A stretch of 64,000 bases of DNA from Clostridia bacterium (lineage in GTDB: Bacteria > Bacillota > Clostridia > TANB77 > CAG-465). The notes under the pieces are model-generated. The model ran no database searches and had not been told where the DNA came from. It was given only the letters and a program-made list of their open reading frames with translations. The stretch is from the NCBI GenBank assembly GCA_028692955.1, contig JAQUWH010000001.1, positions 65,496 through 129,495 of the forward strand, read 5' to 3'. The position numbers and the translations under genes were made by a program. The first letter of the stretch is position 1; every line of letters starts with the position of its first letter. This document shows, piece by piece, positions 8,321 through 17,771 of this stretch.

Positions 8321-10135
8321 ATGTTTATTCTAATTGATTTTATTTTCTTAGTATTGTTTTTTTCAATTAAGTTATATTCTTGTGCAGACACTCACTTTTT
8401 ATTTCAAGAATCAGGAGCCAAATTAGAGAAATATATAAAGAAGAATGATTTGCAAAATATAACGGACAACTTAGTACATCATAAATTTAAATTTTTTTCA
8501 AAGTTTCAAAAAAAATTTCAATCGCCTATTAATATAAAGCAAGCTTTTATTAGCTTGCTTATTGGAATAACGATGCTATTTGTTAAAATAGCATTTACAT
8601 ATAAATTTGCTTTATCTAATTTTTTTTATATTAACATGTTAGAGAAGAATATAGATGTGGCATCTATATTTTCACAGTATTTCATTATACTTAAAGTTTT
8701 ATATTATTTTCTATCTTTTTTTCTATATGTGAGCATTTCACATAAAATCTTAAAATATACACAGAAGCAAAAAAATCAAAAAAATTAATTCAGACAGATT
8801 TCAACCTTAAAATAGGAATAGACAAATCAGGTGAAAATATTTGTATCAAGGAAAATGGAGTGTATCAGAACATTTTGATTTCAGGAAGTATTGGCACAGG
8901 AAAAAACGAGTAGTGCCATTACTAATATATTAGATGAACTAATTCGTAAAAATATTTATGGATTGATTATTGATGTAAAAGGAAATTATATCAATAGCGT
9001 AGAAAAAGTGGCAAAAAAATATAACAAACAAGACTTGATTTATAAAGTTTCACTTGATAGCAATGTTTGCTATAATCCTTTAGACAAGGAAGATATTAGT
9101 ACTTTAGAACTTGCCAATAGAATGAAAAAAGTTTTACAAATTTTATCAGAGAAAAGCATTTCAGATTCTTTTTGGCTTGATAAAGCTGAAATGTATATTA
9201 GGGATTTCATTACCATTATTAAAGTATACAAAGAATATGTCAGTTTCTCAGAATTACACAAGATTATTACTAGTTATGAATACTTAAATGAAAAAATAGA
9301 GGAGGTTAAGAGAATTGTACTTGCCAATAAACTAGATGATGAAACGTTATTTAATGTTAATTCTGCAATCTATAATATAAAAAATGAATACTTAAAATTA
9401 GATGATAGAACTATTAACATTATTAGGGCAGAAATAACCAGAATTACTAATTTGTTTGTGAGTGACTATACTATTTTCAGACAATTTTGCTCAAAAAATA
9501 ATCTCAAAGATTTCTATCATAAAATCACTGTACTATCTATTAATTATGGTGAAAATAAATATTTAGCAAAAGTTATTTCTACTTATTTAAAGCTAGATTT
9601 TCAATCTCAAGTATTATCTCAAAAAAACAATTTTATTCCTATATTTTTTATCTGTGATGAATTTCAAGAATATGCTAATGTTGAAGATTCTAATTTTTTT
9701 TCGTTATCTAGAGAGTATAAATGTATCAATGTAGTGAGCATGCAAAGTTATTCTTCACTATTACATACTATTAAAGATAAGGATGCTGTTAATGTTATAT
9801 TACAAAATCTAGTAAATAAAATTTGGTTTAGAAATGATGATAATTACACGATAAGCGAAATTATTAAGCAGTTGGGAAAAGAAGAAAAAGAGACGGATGC
9901 TGTAAGCTATTCTGAGAGTAATCAAAATGTAAGATATAGCCTTTTTAGTAATAAATTTAAAAATTATAATAGTGGATTATCAAAGACATATTCGCTTAAT
10001 AAGAGGATTGATTACAAATATACAGAAGATTATTTTTCCATGGGCCTTTGCAACTTTGAATGTGCTTGTTTATTATCTGATGGAAATGCCATGACGTTTT
10101 ATGAAAAAATATTTTTAAAAAGATGGGAGGGATAA
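8321..10135 (+). pseudogene. VirD4/TraG/TcpA-like type IV coupling protein (T4CP) broken by two +/-1 frameshifts inside A-homopolymer runs
   Basis: Frame 2 ORF (TM-rich N-terminus) stops at 8786-8788 in the tract aaaaaaatcaaaaaaatt. Frame 1 then continues ...FNLKIGIDKSGENICIKENGVYQNILISGSIGTGKNE and stops in the tract ggaaaaaacgag. Frame 2 resumes TSSAITNILDELIRKNIYGLIIDVKGNY...CYNPLDKED. Joining the three pieces restores Walker A GSIGTGKTSS plus the T4CP signature motifs. Confidence 0.65.
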
Positions 10136-10137
10136 AA

Positions 10138-10470
10138 ATGAAACAATTAACAAAAAATCAAAAAAACAAGATAGTGATATTCTTATTTATCATTTTTGTA
10201 GTAGGCAACCATATATTTGCCGCTACTGATCCAACACTGGTAAATAAACTAGGAACTGTTTTTAAAAGAATATTGTCTTATTTGAAAACACTGGCCACTC
10301 CAGCAGCTGGGGTAGCAATAGCAAGCGGAATTATGTTTAGGAAGTTTAGTTTTGGTGATGAAGAAAAAATGATAAAAGGAAAGAAAATAATTATTAATGC
10401 TATTATCTGTTATGCAATGATACTCTCTATCGATCTCATTACTAAATTTATTGAGGCGGTTGTTAAATAA
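10138..10470 (+). CDS. Small secreted or membrane protein, possibly a conjugative pilin-like (VirB2/TrbC-like) component
   Basis: Signal-peptide-like N-terminus, central hydrophobic block ATPAAGVAIASGIMF, second TM near the C-terminus. Sits immediately after the T4CP. Confidence 0.35.
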   Translation: MKQLTKNQKNKIVIFLFIIFVVGNHIFAATDPTLVNKLGTVFKRILSYLKTLATPAAGVAIASGIMFRKFSFGDEEKMIKGKKIIINAIICYAMILSIDLITKFIEAVVK

Positions 10471-11312
10471 TGGTGGCAAATGATATTATCAATAATCTAA
10501 ATAATGTACTGGAAAAGTTATTCAAGTCAATAGAAGGGACCATTTTTCAAACAATAGATAGCTTGATTTCAATAGGCCCTGATATATTACAAAAAGAACC
10601 ACTAAATAACATTATTTTTGATAATAAAATGAATGGACTTATTTTAATTGCGAATGTTTTAGTCATATTTTTTATTGCACATTATATATTTAAACAATTG
10701 ATTAGCATTTATAACGGTAATAAAATAGAGAGTATCTATTTATTTATCATTAGAGTGATTATTGTCTTAATTATTGTCAACTCAAGCTATTTTATATGTA
10801 AAGAAATATTGAATATATTTGATGTTTTGAGTGATACCATAGATGTCTATGCTACAGATACCATAAAAAAAGAAATAACCTTTGAAAATTTAAAAAATAA
10901 CATTACCAATATAGAAGATATTATGAATAGTGATTTAATTAGCTTAGATGGGATTATAAAAGGTATAGTTTCATTTGGCTCTGTTTCAATCTTAATTAAC
11001 TTTTCAGTTAGATACGCAACTGTTCTTTTTTTAATTATTATATCCCCTTTTGCATTTGTAAGTTTAGCCAGCAATTTGACAAGTGGAATTTTCAGTACGT
11101 GGGCAAAAATATTAGTCTTAAATTTATCTACCACTATAGTGATAAAACTATTAATATTTATTCCACTAGCTTTTCATGATCAAAGAAGTATCATGTATAA
11201 GATTATTTTAGTAGGCGTAATATCATTAATCTATAAATTTAATGTTTTTATAAAAGAAATATTAGCTAGAATATCAAGTGAAAGTAATGTAAAAAACATA
11301 TTTAGGGAATAA
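10470..11312 (+). CDS. Polytopic membrane protein, VirB6/TrbL-like by architecture (T4SS channel component)
   Basis: At least five TM helices. Its start overlaps the stop of the preceding gene. Lies between T4CP and a VirB3-like gene. Confidence 0.35.
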   Translation: MVANDIINNLNNVLEKLFKSIEGTIFQTIDSLISIGPDILQKEPLNNIIFDNKMNGLILIANVLVIFFIAHYIFKQLISIYNGNKIESIYLFIIRVIIVLIIVNSSYFICKEILNIFDVLSDTIDVYATDTIKKEITFENLKNNITNIEDIMNSDLISLDGIIKGIVSFGSVSILINFSVRYATVLFLIIISPFAFVSLASNLTSGIFSTWAKILVLNLSTTIVIKLLIFIPLAFHDQRSIMYKIILVGVISLIYKFNVFIKEILARISSESNVKNIFRE

Positions 11313-11315
11313 AAA

Positions 11316-11639
11316 ATGGAAAAGATTAAGAATTATTATAACTTTAAAAGAGAAAATAAGTGGCTTGGAATAATAGACTATAAAACACTACTGTTGCTTT
11401 TATTCTATATAGCAGTTATCGTGTTATTATTAAAAAATATAAATATTAAATTGGAATATCTTGTTTATATATTTATCACCTTAACGTTGCCAGTTTTTAT
11501 TATTGTATTTATAAATATTGGAAATGAAAGTGTGTATGATGTAATTATTGTTTTGCTAAAATATTATATAAAAAGAAAAATCTATGTAAAGGGGAGATAC
11601 ATAAGGAGTCTGAAGGACGAAATTTATAAAAAAATGTAA
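11316..11639 (+). CDS. Small two-TM protein, VirB3/PrgI/TcpE-like
   Basis: 107 aa with two adjacent hydrophobic helices and a basic tail. Confidence 0.35.
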   Translation: MEKIKNYYNFKRENKWLGIIDYKTLLLLLFYIAVIVLLLKNINIKLEYLVYIFITLTLPVFIIVFINIGNESVYDVIIVLLKYYIKRKIYVKGRYIRSLKDEIYKKM

Positions 11640-11747
11640 GAAAAAAAATAAAGCTTGTGTCTATTTTTGTCGAAAAACCGAATATATTTTGAAATTTTAA
11701 AGTTTTATGTTAAAATAGATGCTATAAATGAATGAGGGGGATAGCAC

Positions 11748-12194
11748 ATGAAAAGGGGAAGAATTATCTTAATGATAGTAAGTGTTTTATTACTTGCAGG
11801 ATTTATTATTGAAATTGTATTCTTCTTAAGATGGTCAAGTTATAGGTCATCAGGAGACAAAAAAGTATCGAATGAATCATACCTTGAACGCTATTATAAA
11901 ATTGTTCAAATAACGGCCAAACAAGATAATATTTTACATGAATATACTATTATAACAACGAAAGAAGGAAAAGTAATAGATACAAGAATAGTAAAAACGG
12001 GTTATACCACAGATAAATTAGTAGAAGAGTGTAACACGTTAAGAAAATCTGAAGATGTGATATATAACTTGATAGAGGGAGAGAATGATATAAAGTATAA
12101 TTCCAGTGGCGATAATGGGAAACAAGTAGACGATGTGGTAAAAGATTATCAAAATAATGAAGCTTTCAAAGTAGTTACTATTAGGAAAATTTAA
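11748..12194 (+). CDS. N-terminally anchored small protein, paralog A
   Basis: One TM then a soluble domain. Clearly paralogous to the next ORF (YKIVQITAKQDNILHEYTIITTKEGKVIDTRIVKTGYT versus YHVFQITSKENGILSEYFAITTKEGAARDT...RIIESGYS). Confidence 0.5.
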   Translation: MKRGRIILMIVSVLLLAGFIIEIVFFLRWSSYRSSGDKKVSNESYLERYYKIVQITAKQDNILHEYTIITTKEGKVIDTRIVKTGYTTDKLVEECNTLRKSEDVIYNLIEGENDIKYNSSGDNGKQVDDVVKDYQNNEAFKVVTIRKI

Positions 12195-12216
12195 TAAGGA
12201 AGGAGTATATAATGTT

Positions 12217-12666
12217 ATGAAAAAAGACAAGAACCTACTGATTTTTCTCACTATTTTAATCTTTTTGATTATATTATTTAGTGCTTTATTCTATTATCAG
12301 TGGAAGAATGTTCAATATAGCGAAGTAACAGTTCAAGATTTTAGTAAACAATATGGATATCATGTATTTCAGATTACAAGTAAAGAAAATGGAATTTTAA
12401 GTGAATATTTTGCCATTACTACTAAAGAAGGTGCAGCTAGGGATACTATAGTATTGGATACAAGAATCATAGAAAGTGGTTATTCAGGAGAAAAATCGAG
12501 TGAAAGATATGAACTACTGAATAACTTTCATGGCATAGTATATAACGTGACGAAAACAGAAGGAACAATCTCATATAATACTTCAGTTAATAATGGGAAA
12601 TCAGTATATGAATTAATAAATGCAAGGAAAAATTATTGTAAAGATGTAGTGGTAAAAGAAAATTAG
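12217..12666 (+). CDS. N-terminally anchored small protein, paralog B
   Basis: Tandem duplicate of the previous gene. A terminator hairpin (gattcctagac...gtctaggaatc tttt) follows. Confidence 0.5.
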   Translation: MKKDKNLLIFLTILIFLIILFSALFYYQWKNVQYSEVTVQDFSKQYGYHVFQITSKENGILSEYFAITTKEGAARDTIVLDTRIIESGYSGEKSSERYELLNNFHGIVYNVTKTEGTISYNTSVNNGKSVYELINARKNYCKDVVVKEN

Positions 12667-12751
12667 ACAAAAGAGATTCCTAGACAAAAGTCTAGGAATC
12701 TTTTGGTATGGAGATAATAACTTATTTAATTGAAGAGGTTTTCTTCAATTT

Positions 12752-13195
12752 TTATGCGTCTCTAAGTAAAACACTGACAGCACCTGCTCCGGGTGAACTA
12801 ACATAAACGGTGTATGTACCAGCAACACTGTTGTTAATACGTTGGACTACCTGCCGACCGGGTGCGACCTGAATTACGGTGTCTGGAAAACAGTTCTTGC
12901 CATTTGGAGAAATAATCTGTACGTATGCCACAGCTGTTGAGGACTCAGCATTGTAGATAACTGCTTCTCCATATAAACTCCAACCAGGAGAATTGATAGT
13001 GAAGCTAGCAGCTCCGTTGAAATAAACACTTCCCATTCCACTGATGGCTCTTGTATTTGGAACCATAAGTTCTTGTGTTGCTAGAGCATCAGAAGCGACA
13101 GGAAGTTCCGTAGCATAGGAAGGAACAGCAAGTGTAAAACACATTGCAATTACCAACAGGAAAGATAGAATCTTTTTGCGGGAAAATTTTTTCAT
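12752..13195 (-). CDS. Secreted Gly/Ala/Val/Ser/Pro-rich beta-type protein with signal peptide
   Basis: Signal peptide MKKFSRKKILSFLLVIAMCFTLAVPSYA. The CDS has much higher GC than its flanks. Promoter and RBS look host-like. Confidence 0.55.
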   Translation of the reverse strand: MKKFSRKKILSFLLVIAMCFTLAVPSYATELPVASDALATQELMVPNTRAISGMGSVYFNGAASFTINSPGWSLYGEAVIYNAESSTAVAYVQIISPNGKNCFPDTVIQVAPGRQVVQRINNSVAGTYTVYVSSPGAGAVSVLLRDA

Positions 13196-13500
13196 TTTAA
13201 TATCTCCTTCATTTTTGATAATTTTATTATACTCTCCACACCCTTAATTTTAAAAATATGCTTTACGTAATTGATAAGCATATTATATATCGTATCTACA
13301 AAAAAACAATAAATGTGCCAAAATACTACTTTTTTCGACAAAACTAGACATGCTGACAACAGCATTATACAATTTAGCAAAATTAATTCCACTACTATTG
13401 ACGTAAAAATAGCAAAAATAAAATGATTAATAAATCAAACGTATTGTAAAAGAATCAAACTAATGATATAATCATAACATATATTTTAGGAGCGTTTTTT

Positions 13501-14463
13501 ATGAAATTTTTACAGAAGAATAAAATGGAATTATGTGATACTCAAGTGGCTGATTTGTTCATTTTAAATAACATGTTTAGTTTAGAGGCAATAGATATTA
13601 AATTATATCTATATATGCTTTTTTTGTCTAAAAATCAAACTGAAATAGATAAAGCAAATTTAGCAAAAAAACTATGTGTAACAGAACAAGAAATGGGTTT
13701 TGCTTTAGATAGACTACAAGCTGAGGAACTTATTATTAAAACAACTCAAGGTTTTATCATTGCGGACTTAAAAGAAAATGAAATTAATAAGACATATATT
13801 CCGAAGTTAGAACCTAAAATCAATAGAATTCAATCGGAATTAGAGAGAAAGAGAATTGCCGCTGCTGAAGCTATCAATGAATCATTTTTCCAAGGAATCA
13901 TGTCTCTTGGTTGGTATACGGATATTGGCACTTTATTTAAAAATTATAGTTTTTCTGAAGAGGTGATGATTGCATTATTTCACTATTGTCAAGAAAGAAA
14001 TGCTCTTAATAAAAAATATGTATATGCTGTTGCTGAAAATTGGTATAATGGCGGAGTTAAAACGTTTGAACAGTTGGAAGAGTTTTTAGAAAGTTATGAT
14101 TGCTTACAAAAAATAAAACAAAAGATTGTAAAGGCGTTAAGATTAAATAGAAATATTACTAAATATGAAGAACAATATATTAATACGTGGGTGAAGGATT
14201 ATAATTATGATTTTACAATGATAGAGGAAGCGTTAAAGAGAACAGTAACGATTGCCAATCCAACCATTAGCTATATTAATGGTATATTAAATAATTGGCA
14301 CAAAAAGGGCTATAAGACGGTAAAAGATATAGAATCAGATGTCAAAACTCATGATGATAAGGCAAAGCAATATAATAAGAATACAGTAAAAGAAAAAAAC
14401 AAATTTCAAAATTATGAGCAGAGAAGTTATACTGATTTAGAATCATTTTATGATAACATGTGA
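13501..14463 (+). CDS. DnaD-domain replication initiation/helicase-loader accessory protein (DnaD/DnaB_2 family)
   Basis: C-terminal DnaD-like motif YINGILNNWHKKGYKTVKDIE. Upstream TTGTAA-17-TATAAT promoter. Confidence 0.65.
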   Translation: MKFLQKNKMELCDTQVADLFILNNMFSLEAIDIKLYLYMLFLSKNQTEIDKANLAKKLCVTEQEMGFALDRLQAEELIIKTTQGFIIADLKENEINKTYIPKLEPKINRIQSELERKRIAAAEAINESFFQGIMSLGWYTDIGTLFKNYSFSEEVMIALFHYCQERNALNKKYVYAVAENWYNGGVKTFEQLEEFLESYDCLQKIKQKIVKALRLNRNITKYEEQYINTWVKDYNYDFTMIEEALKRTVTIANPTISYINGILNNWHKKGYKTVKDIESDVKTHDDKAKQYNKNTVKEKNKFQNYEQRSYTDLESFYDNM

Positions 14464-14480
14464 TGGGAGGAGGATGTTTT

Positions 14481-15500
14481 ATGGATAATGAAGCATATCT
14501 AAAAGTAAAAAAAGAGTACGACAATAAAAGAGAGAATAAAATAGCTAAAGCTGAAGAAATAAAAAAACAAATTTATATAGAACATCCAAAACTACGTGAG
14601 TTAGAAACGCAGAGGAATTTACTAGCTATAAAAATTACAAAAGAAATGCTATATTCTGATGAGCTAAATAAGCAAATTGCTCAAGATAATATGCAACTCA
14701 ATTTAGAAAATATAGATAAGAAGATAGAAAGAGAATTAAAAGAAGCTCATATAACAAAGTTTGATTTAGAACCAAAATTCGATTGTCAGGATTGCAAAGA
14801 TACGGGATTGATTGTTAATAATGGAAACACTGAATATTGTTCATGTTTTTTACAAAAAGTAATTAATGAAACATATAAACAAACTAACATTGCAAAGTTA
14901 GATGAAGAAAATTTTGAAACGTTTGATTTAGGATTTTATTCTAATAATGTAAATTTTGAAAAATATGGAATTGGTACATCCCCAAGGCAAAATATAGAAA
15001 AAATAAAAAATATCGCTTTAGAGTTTGTAGATAATGTGGATAATCCACAGCAAAAAAATCTGTTGTTTGTGGGAAATACCGGACTGGGTAAAACATTTTT
15101 AGCAAATGCTATTGCAAAAAAAATATTGGATCATTCAAAATCTGTTATTTACCAGACAGCACCAATTTTTATGGATAAAATAATGGAATTTAAATTTTCA
15201 CAAGGAAGTGATAAATCACAGTATTATAAAATATTTGATGTCGATTTATTAATTATTGATGATCTTGGTACAGAAACTATGACCAATAATAAATATACAG
15301 AATTATTTAATATTATCAACACAAGACTATTAAATAATAAGAAAATATTGATTTCTACTAATTTAACATTAAATGAATTATATGAAAGATATGACGAAAG
15401 AGTTATCTCTCGATTAATCGGTGAATTTAGAATTTGTAAATTTATTGGTGATGATATTAGATTAAAGAAAAAAAGAATTAGTAGTGATAAAAATATATGA
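14481..15500 (+). CDS. DnaI/DnaC-like helicase-loader ATPase with N-terminal zinc-binding module
   Basis: Cys cluster CQDCKDTG...CSCF. Walker A GNTGLGKTFLANAIA. Walker B LLIIDDLGTE. RBS gggaggagg 7 nt before the ATG. Confidence 0.7.
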   Translation: MDNEAYLKVKKEYDNKRENKIAKAEEIKKQIYIEHPKLRELETQRNLLAIKITKEMLYSDELNKQIAQDNMQLNLENIDKKIERELKEAHITKFDLEPKFDCQDCKDTGLIVNNGNTEYCSCFLQKVINETYKQTNIAKLDEENFETFDLGFYSNNVNFEKYGIGTSPRQNIEKIKNIALEFVDNVDNPQQKNLLFVGNTGLGKTFLANAIAKKILDHSKSVIYQTAPIFMDKIMEFKFSQGSDKSQYYKIFDVDLLIIDDLGTETMTNNKYTELFNIINTRLLNNKKILISTNLTLNELYERYDERVISRLIGEFRICKFIGDDIRLKKKRISSDKNI

Positions 15501-15548
15501 TAATAGGTAACCAATTTATACATTAAATAGTGAAATGGTTACCTATAT

Positions 15549-16550
15549 TTATATTTCAAAATCCGATTTGTCTGGAAATATATACGCTAAAGAATTATTT
15601 ATTTCATTTTGAGCTTTTACAAAATCTTTCAAAGGATAAGAATCGTTAATGCATATCATGTTATATTTTTGGTTTTTAATCGTTTTTATTAATCTTGTAT
15701 TATCATCTAAAACAGTAAAGTATTTACCATTCATTATGGTAGGGATAAATTTGCCATTAAATAAATTAAAATATCTAAAAATGCCTTGCCCTAAATCAGT
15801 ATTACTCCTAAATTTATTTTCACATGCTATATCAAGTATTTTATATTCTTGTTCCCATACCTTAAAGAAAGTACTTTTTAAACAGGGCTGTGATAAATGT
15901 AAGGATAATATATCATTAAATTGATACATACTAAAGTATCTTATTGTTTTTAAATTATGAAAACCATATTTTATATTCAAAATTTTAAAAAAATTATTTT
16001 TTAGGAAAGTTGTTTTATTAAAATGTTTTGCTAATACATTGTTATAATTTTTTCTCAAAATACTATGTCTTTTACTACAGTTTTTCTTAATATACTCCAC
16101 GTAAAAATCTTTAGGCAAATCTTTATAAAAGAAATCAGTTTCTTTTAAATGATTTAGTATAAAAATATCGTCATTTAATAAGATAAATTGTTCTGATAAA
16201 TCTTTTATTCTATGTAGGTTAGTTTCAATTACATTGGAATTAAAAGTTGGTAAATATTTTTTTGGTATAAATTCATCATGACGAATAATTCTGATTTTTT
16301 GATTATTAGTATTAAGCCATGATGGAATATGACCCCAGGTTACAAAGAAAATATGATGTATCCAACTTGCGTATTTTTCTATGCCTCTAAATAAATATTG
16401 TAGATTATTAAAATCTCTAAATCTATTAATAGATGAATCTCCCTTAACATTTGAATAGTTGTTTTTTTCTTTTATCCACTCTGGGTCATTGCCATCTACC
16501 CATAATATTACTGCATCTATTTTATTTGAATATTTCATATTGTTTACCAT
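15549..16550 (-). CDS. Stealth-family (CR1-CR4) hexose-1-phosphoryltransferase, paralog 2
   Basis: Stealth motif ILWVDGNDPEW, plus FFVTWGHIP and LLNDDIF. Confidence 0.65.
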   Translation of the reverse strand: MVNNMKYSNKIDAVILWVDGNDPEWIKEKNNYSNVKGDSSINRFRDFNNLQYLFRGIEKYASWIHHIFFVTWGHIPSWLNTNNQKIRIIRHDEFIPKKYLPTFNSNVIETNLHRIKDLSEQFILLNDDIFILNHLKETDFFYKDLPKDFYVEYIKKNCSKRHSILRKNYNNVLAKHFNKTTFLKNNFFKILNIKYGFHNLKTIRYFSMYQFNDILSLHLSQPCLKSTFFKVWEQEYKILDIACENKFRSNTDLGQGIFRYFNLFNGKFIPTIMNGKYFTVLDDNTRLIKTIKNQKYNMICINDSYPLKDFVKAQNEINNSLAYIFPDKSDFEI

Positions 16551-17566
16551 CAGGTTTCAAATTCCGACTTATCTGGCAATATTTCCGCAAAGACTTGATT
16601 TATTTCATTTTTTACTTTGTGGAAATCGATATTAACATAGGCATCATTAATACAAATCATCTTATATTTGTGTGTCTTTAAAGCACTTATTAAATCGTCA
16701 TTGTTGTTATTATACACAAAATATTTAGTTTCATCTTTTTTTGGTATAAATTTTCCGCTAACCATTTGCCAATACCTACATAAATAATGGCCTAAATCGG
16801 TTGATTGTCTAAATTTATTATGACACGCCAAATCAAGATTTTCTCCTTCTTTTTCCCAAACTTCTAAAAATGTTTTTTTCAAATAAGGTTGTGGCGCATG
16901 AAAATTCCAAAAACCACAAAATTTCTTTTTAATAGAAAGATATTTTAAAGTCCTAAAATTAAATTTGCCATATTTGTAATTTATCATTTTAAAAAAATTT
17001 TTCTTAATTAATTCCTTTTTGTTAAAATATTTATTGATAATAGCTAATATATTTGCTTTCATAAAAAAATGAATATCATTATAAAAAGAAGCTACTTGTA
17101 TATTTTCAACATAAACATCTGTTGGTAAATTATTTATAAAAAAATCAGAGGGATTCGTATCTTTTAATAAAAACAAATCATCATTAAGAAGAACAAAATG
17201 CTCCGATAAATCTTTTATTCTATGTAAATTTAATTCGATGACATTTGAATTAAAAGTGGGCAAATATTCATTTGGTATAAAATCTTCATGGCGCACAATT
17301 TTAATCTTTTTATTCTTTGTATTAAGCCATGGTGGAATGTGTCCCCAAGTTACAAAGAATATATTGTTTACCCAATTAGCATATTTTTCGATGCTCCTAA
17401 ATAGATAATGTAAATTTTCACAATCTCTGAAACGATTTTCTTGCTGATCTCCGCCTCTATGAGAATGCATGTTTTTTTCATTTATCCATTCTGGATCATT
17501 ACCATCTACCCATAGTATTACAAAGTCTATTTTATCAATGCTTTTACTAGATTTTTCCATGGTCAT
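16550..17566 (-). CDS. Stealth-family (CR1-CR4) hexose-1-phosphoryltransferase, paralog 1
   Basis: Same motifs as the neighbour. Highly similar along the whole length. Its stop and the next gene's start share one nucleotide. Confidence 0.65.
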   Translation of the reverse strand: MTMEKSSKSIDKIDFVILWVDGNDPEWINEKNMHSHRGGDQQENRFRDCENLHYLFRSIEKYANWVNNIFFVTWGHIPPWLNTKNKKIKIVRHEDFIPNEYLPTFNSNVIELNLHRIKDLSEHFVLLNDDLFLLKDTNPSDFFINNLPTDVYVENIQVASFYNDIHFFMKANILAIINKYFNKKELIKKNFFKMINYKYGKFNFRTLKYLSIKKKFCGFWNFHAPQPYLKKTFLEVWEKEGENLDLACHNKFRQSTDLGHYLCRYWQMVSGKFIPKKDETKYFVYNNNNDDLISALKTHKYKMICINDAYVNIDFHKVKNEINQVFAEILPDKSEFET

Positions 17567-17771
17567 CCTCCTTATGCACTACATAATTATACAATATTAA
17601 AAAAGTTTTGTCAACATTCACCAAAGACACTACTACTACTATTGGATTAATAACTCTCTCTTTGAAAATTTAATTAATAGAAATTAGTTTATGAAATTAT
17701 TTTTTTAAATTTATTTTTCCTCCATATTATTTAGTGATTTGCATATAATAATTAGTAGGGAGGAAAAATTC

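Noticed and set aside
13192-13392. 66-aa ORF on the minus strand in the AT-rich intergenic region upstream of the DnaD-like gene
   Set aside because: It lies within a promoter-rich AT stretch with no RBS. The same region holds the promoter and RBS of the GC-rich secreted protein gene.
15649-15924. 91-aa plus-strand ORF inside the first Stealth gene, plus similar antisense ORFs in sensor kinase, metG, T4CP, ricT, U32 and tcdA regions
   Set aside because: They are embedded antisense in genes with clear conserved frames and show no independent signals.
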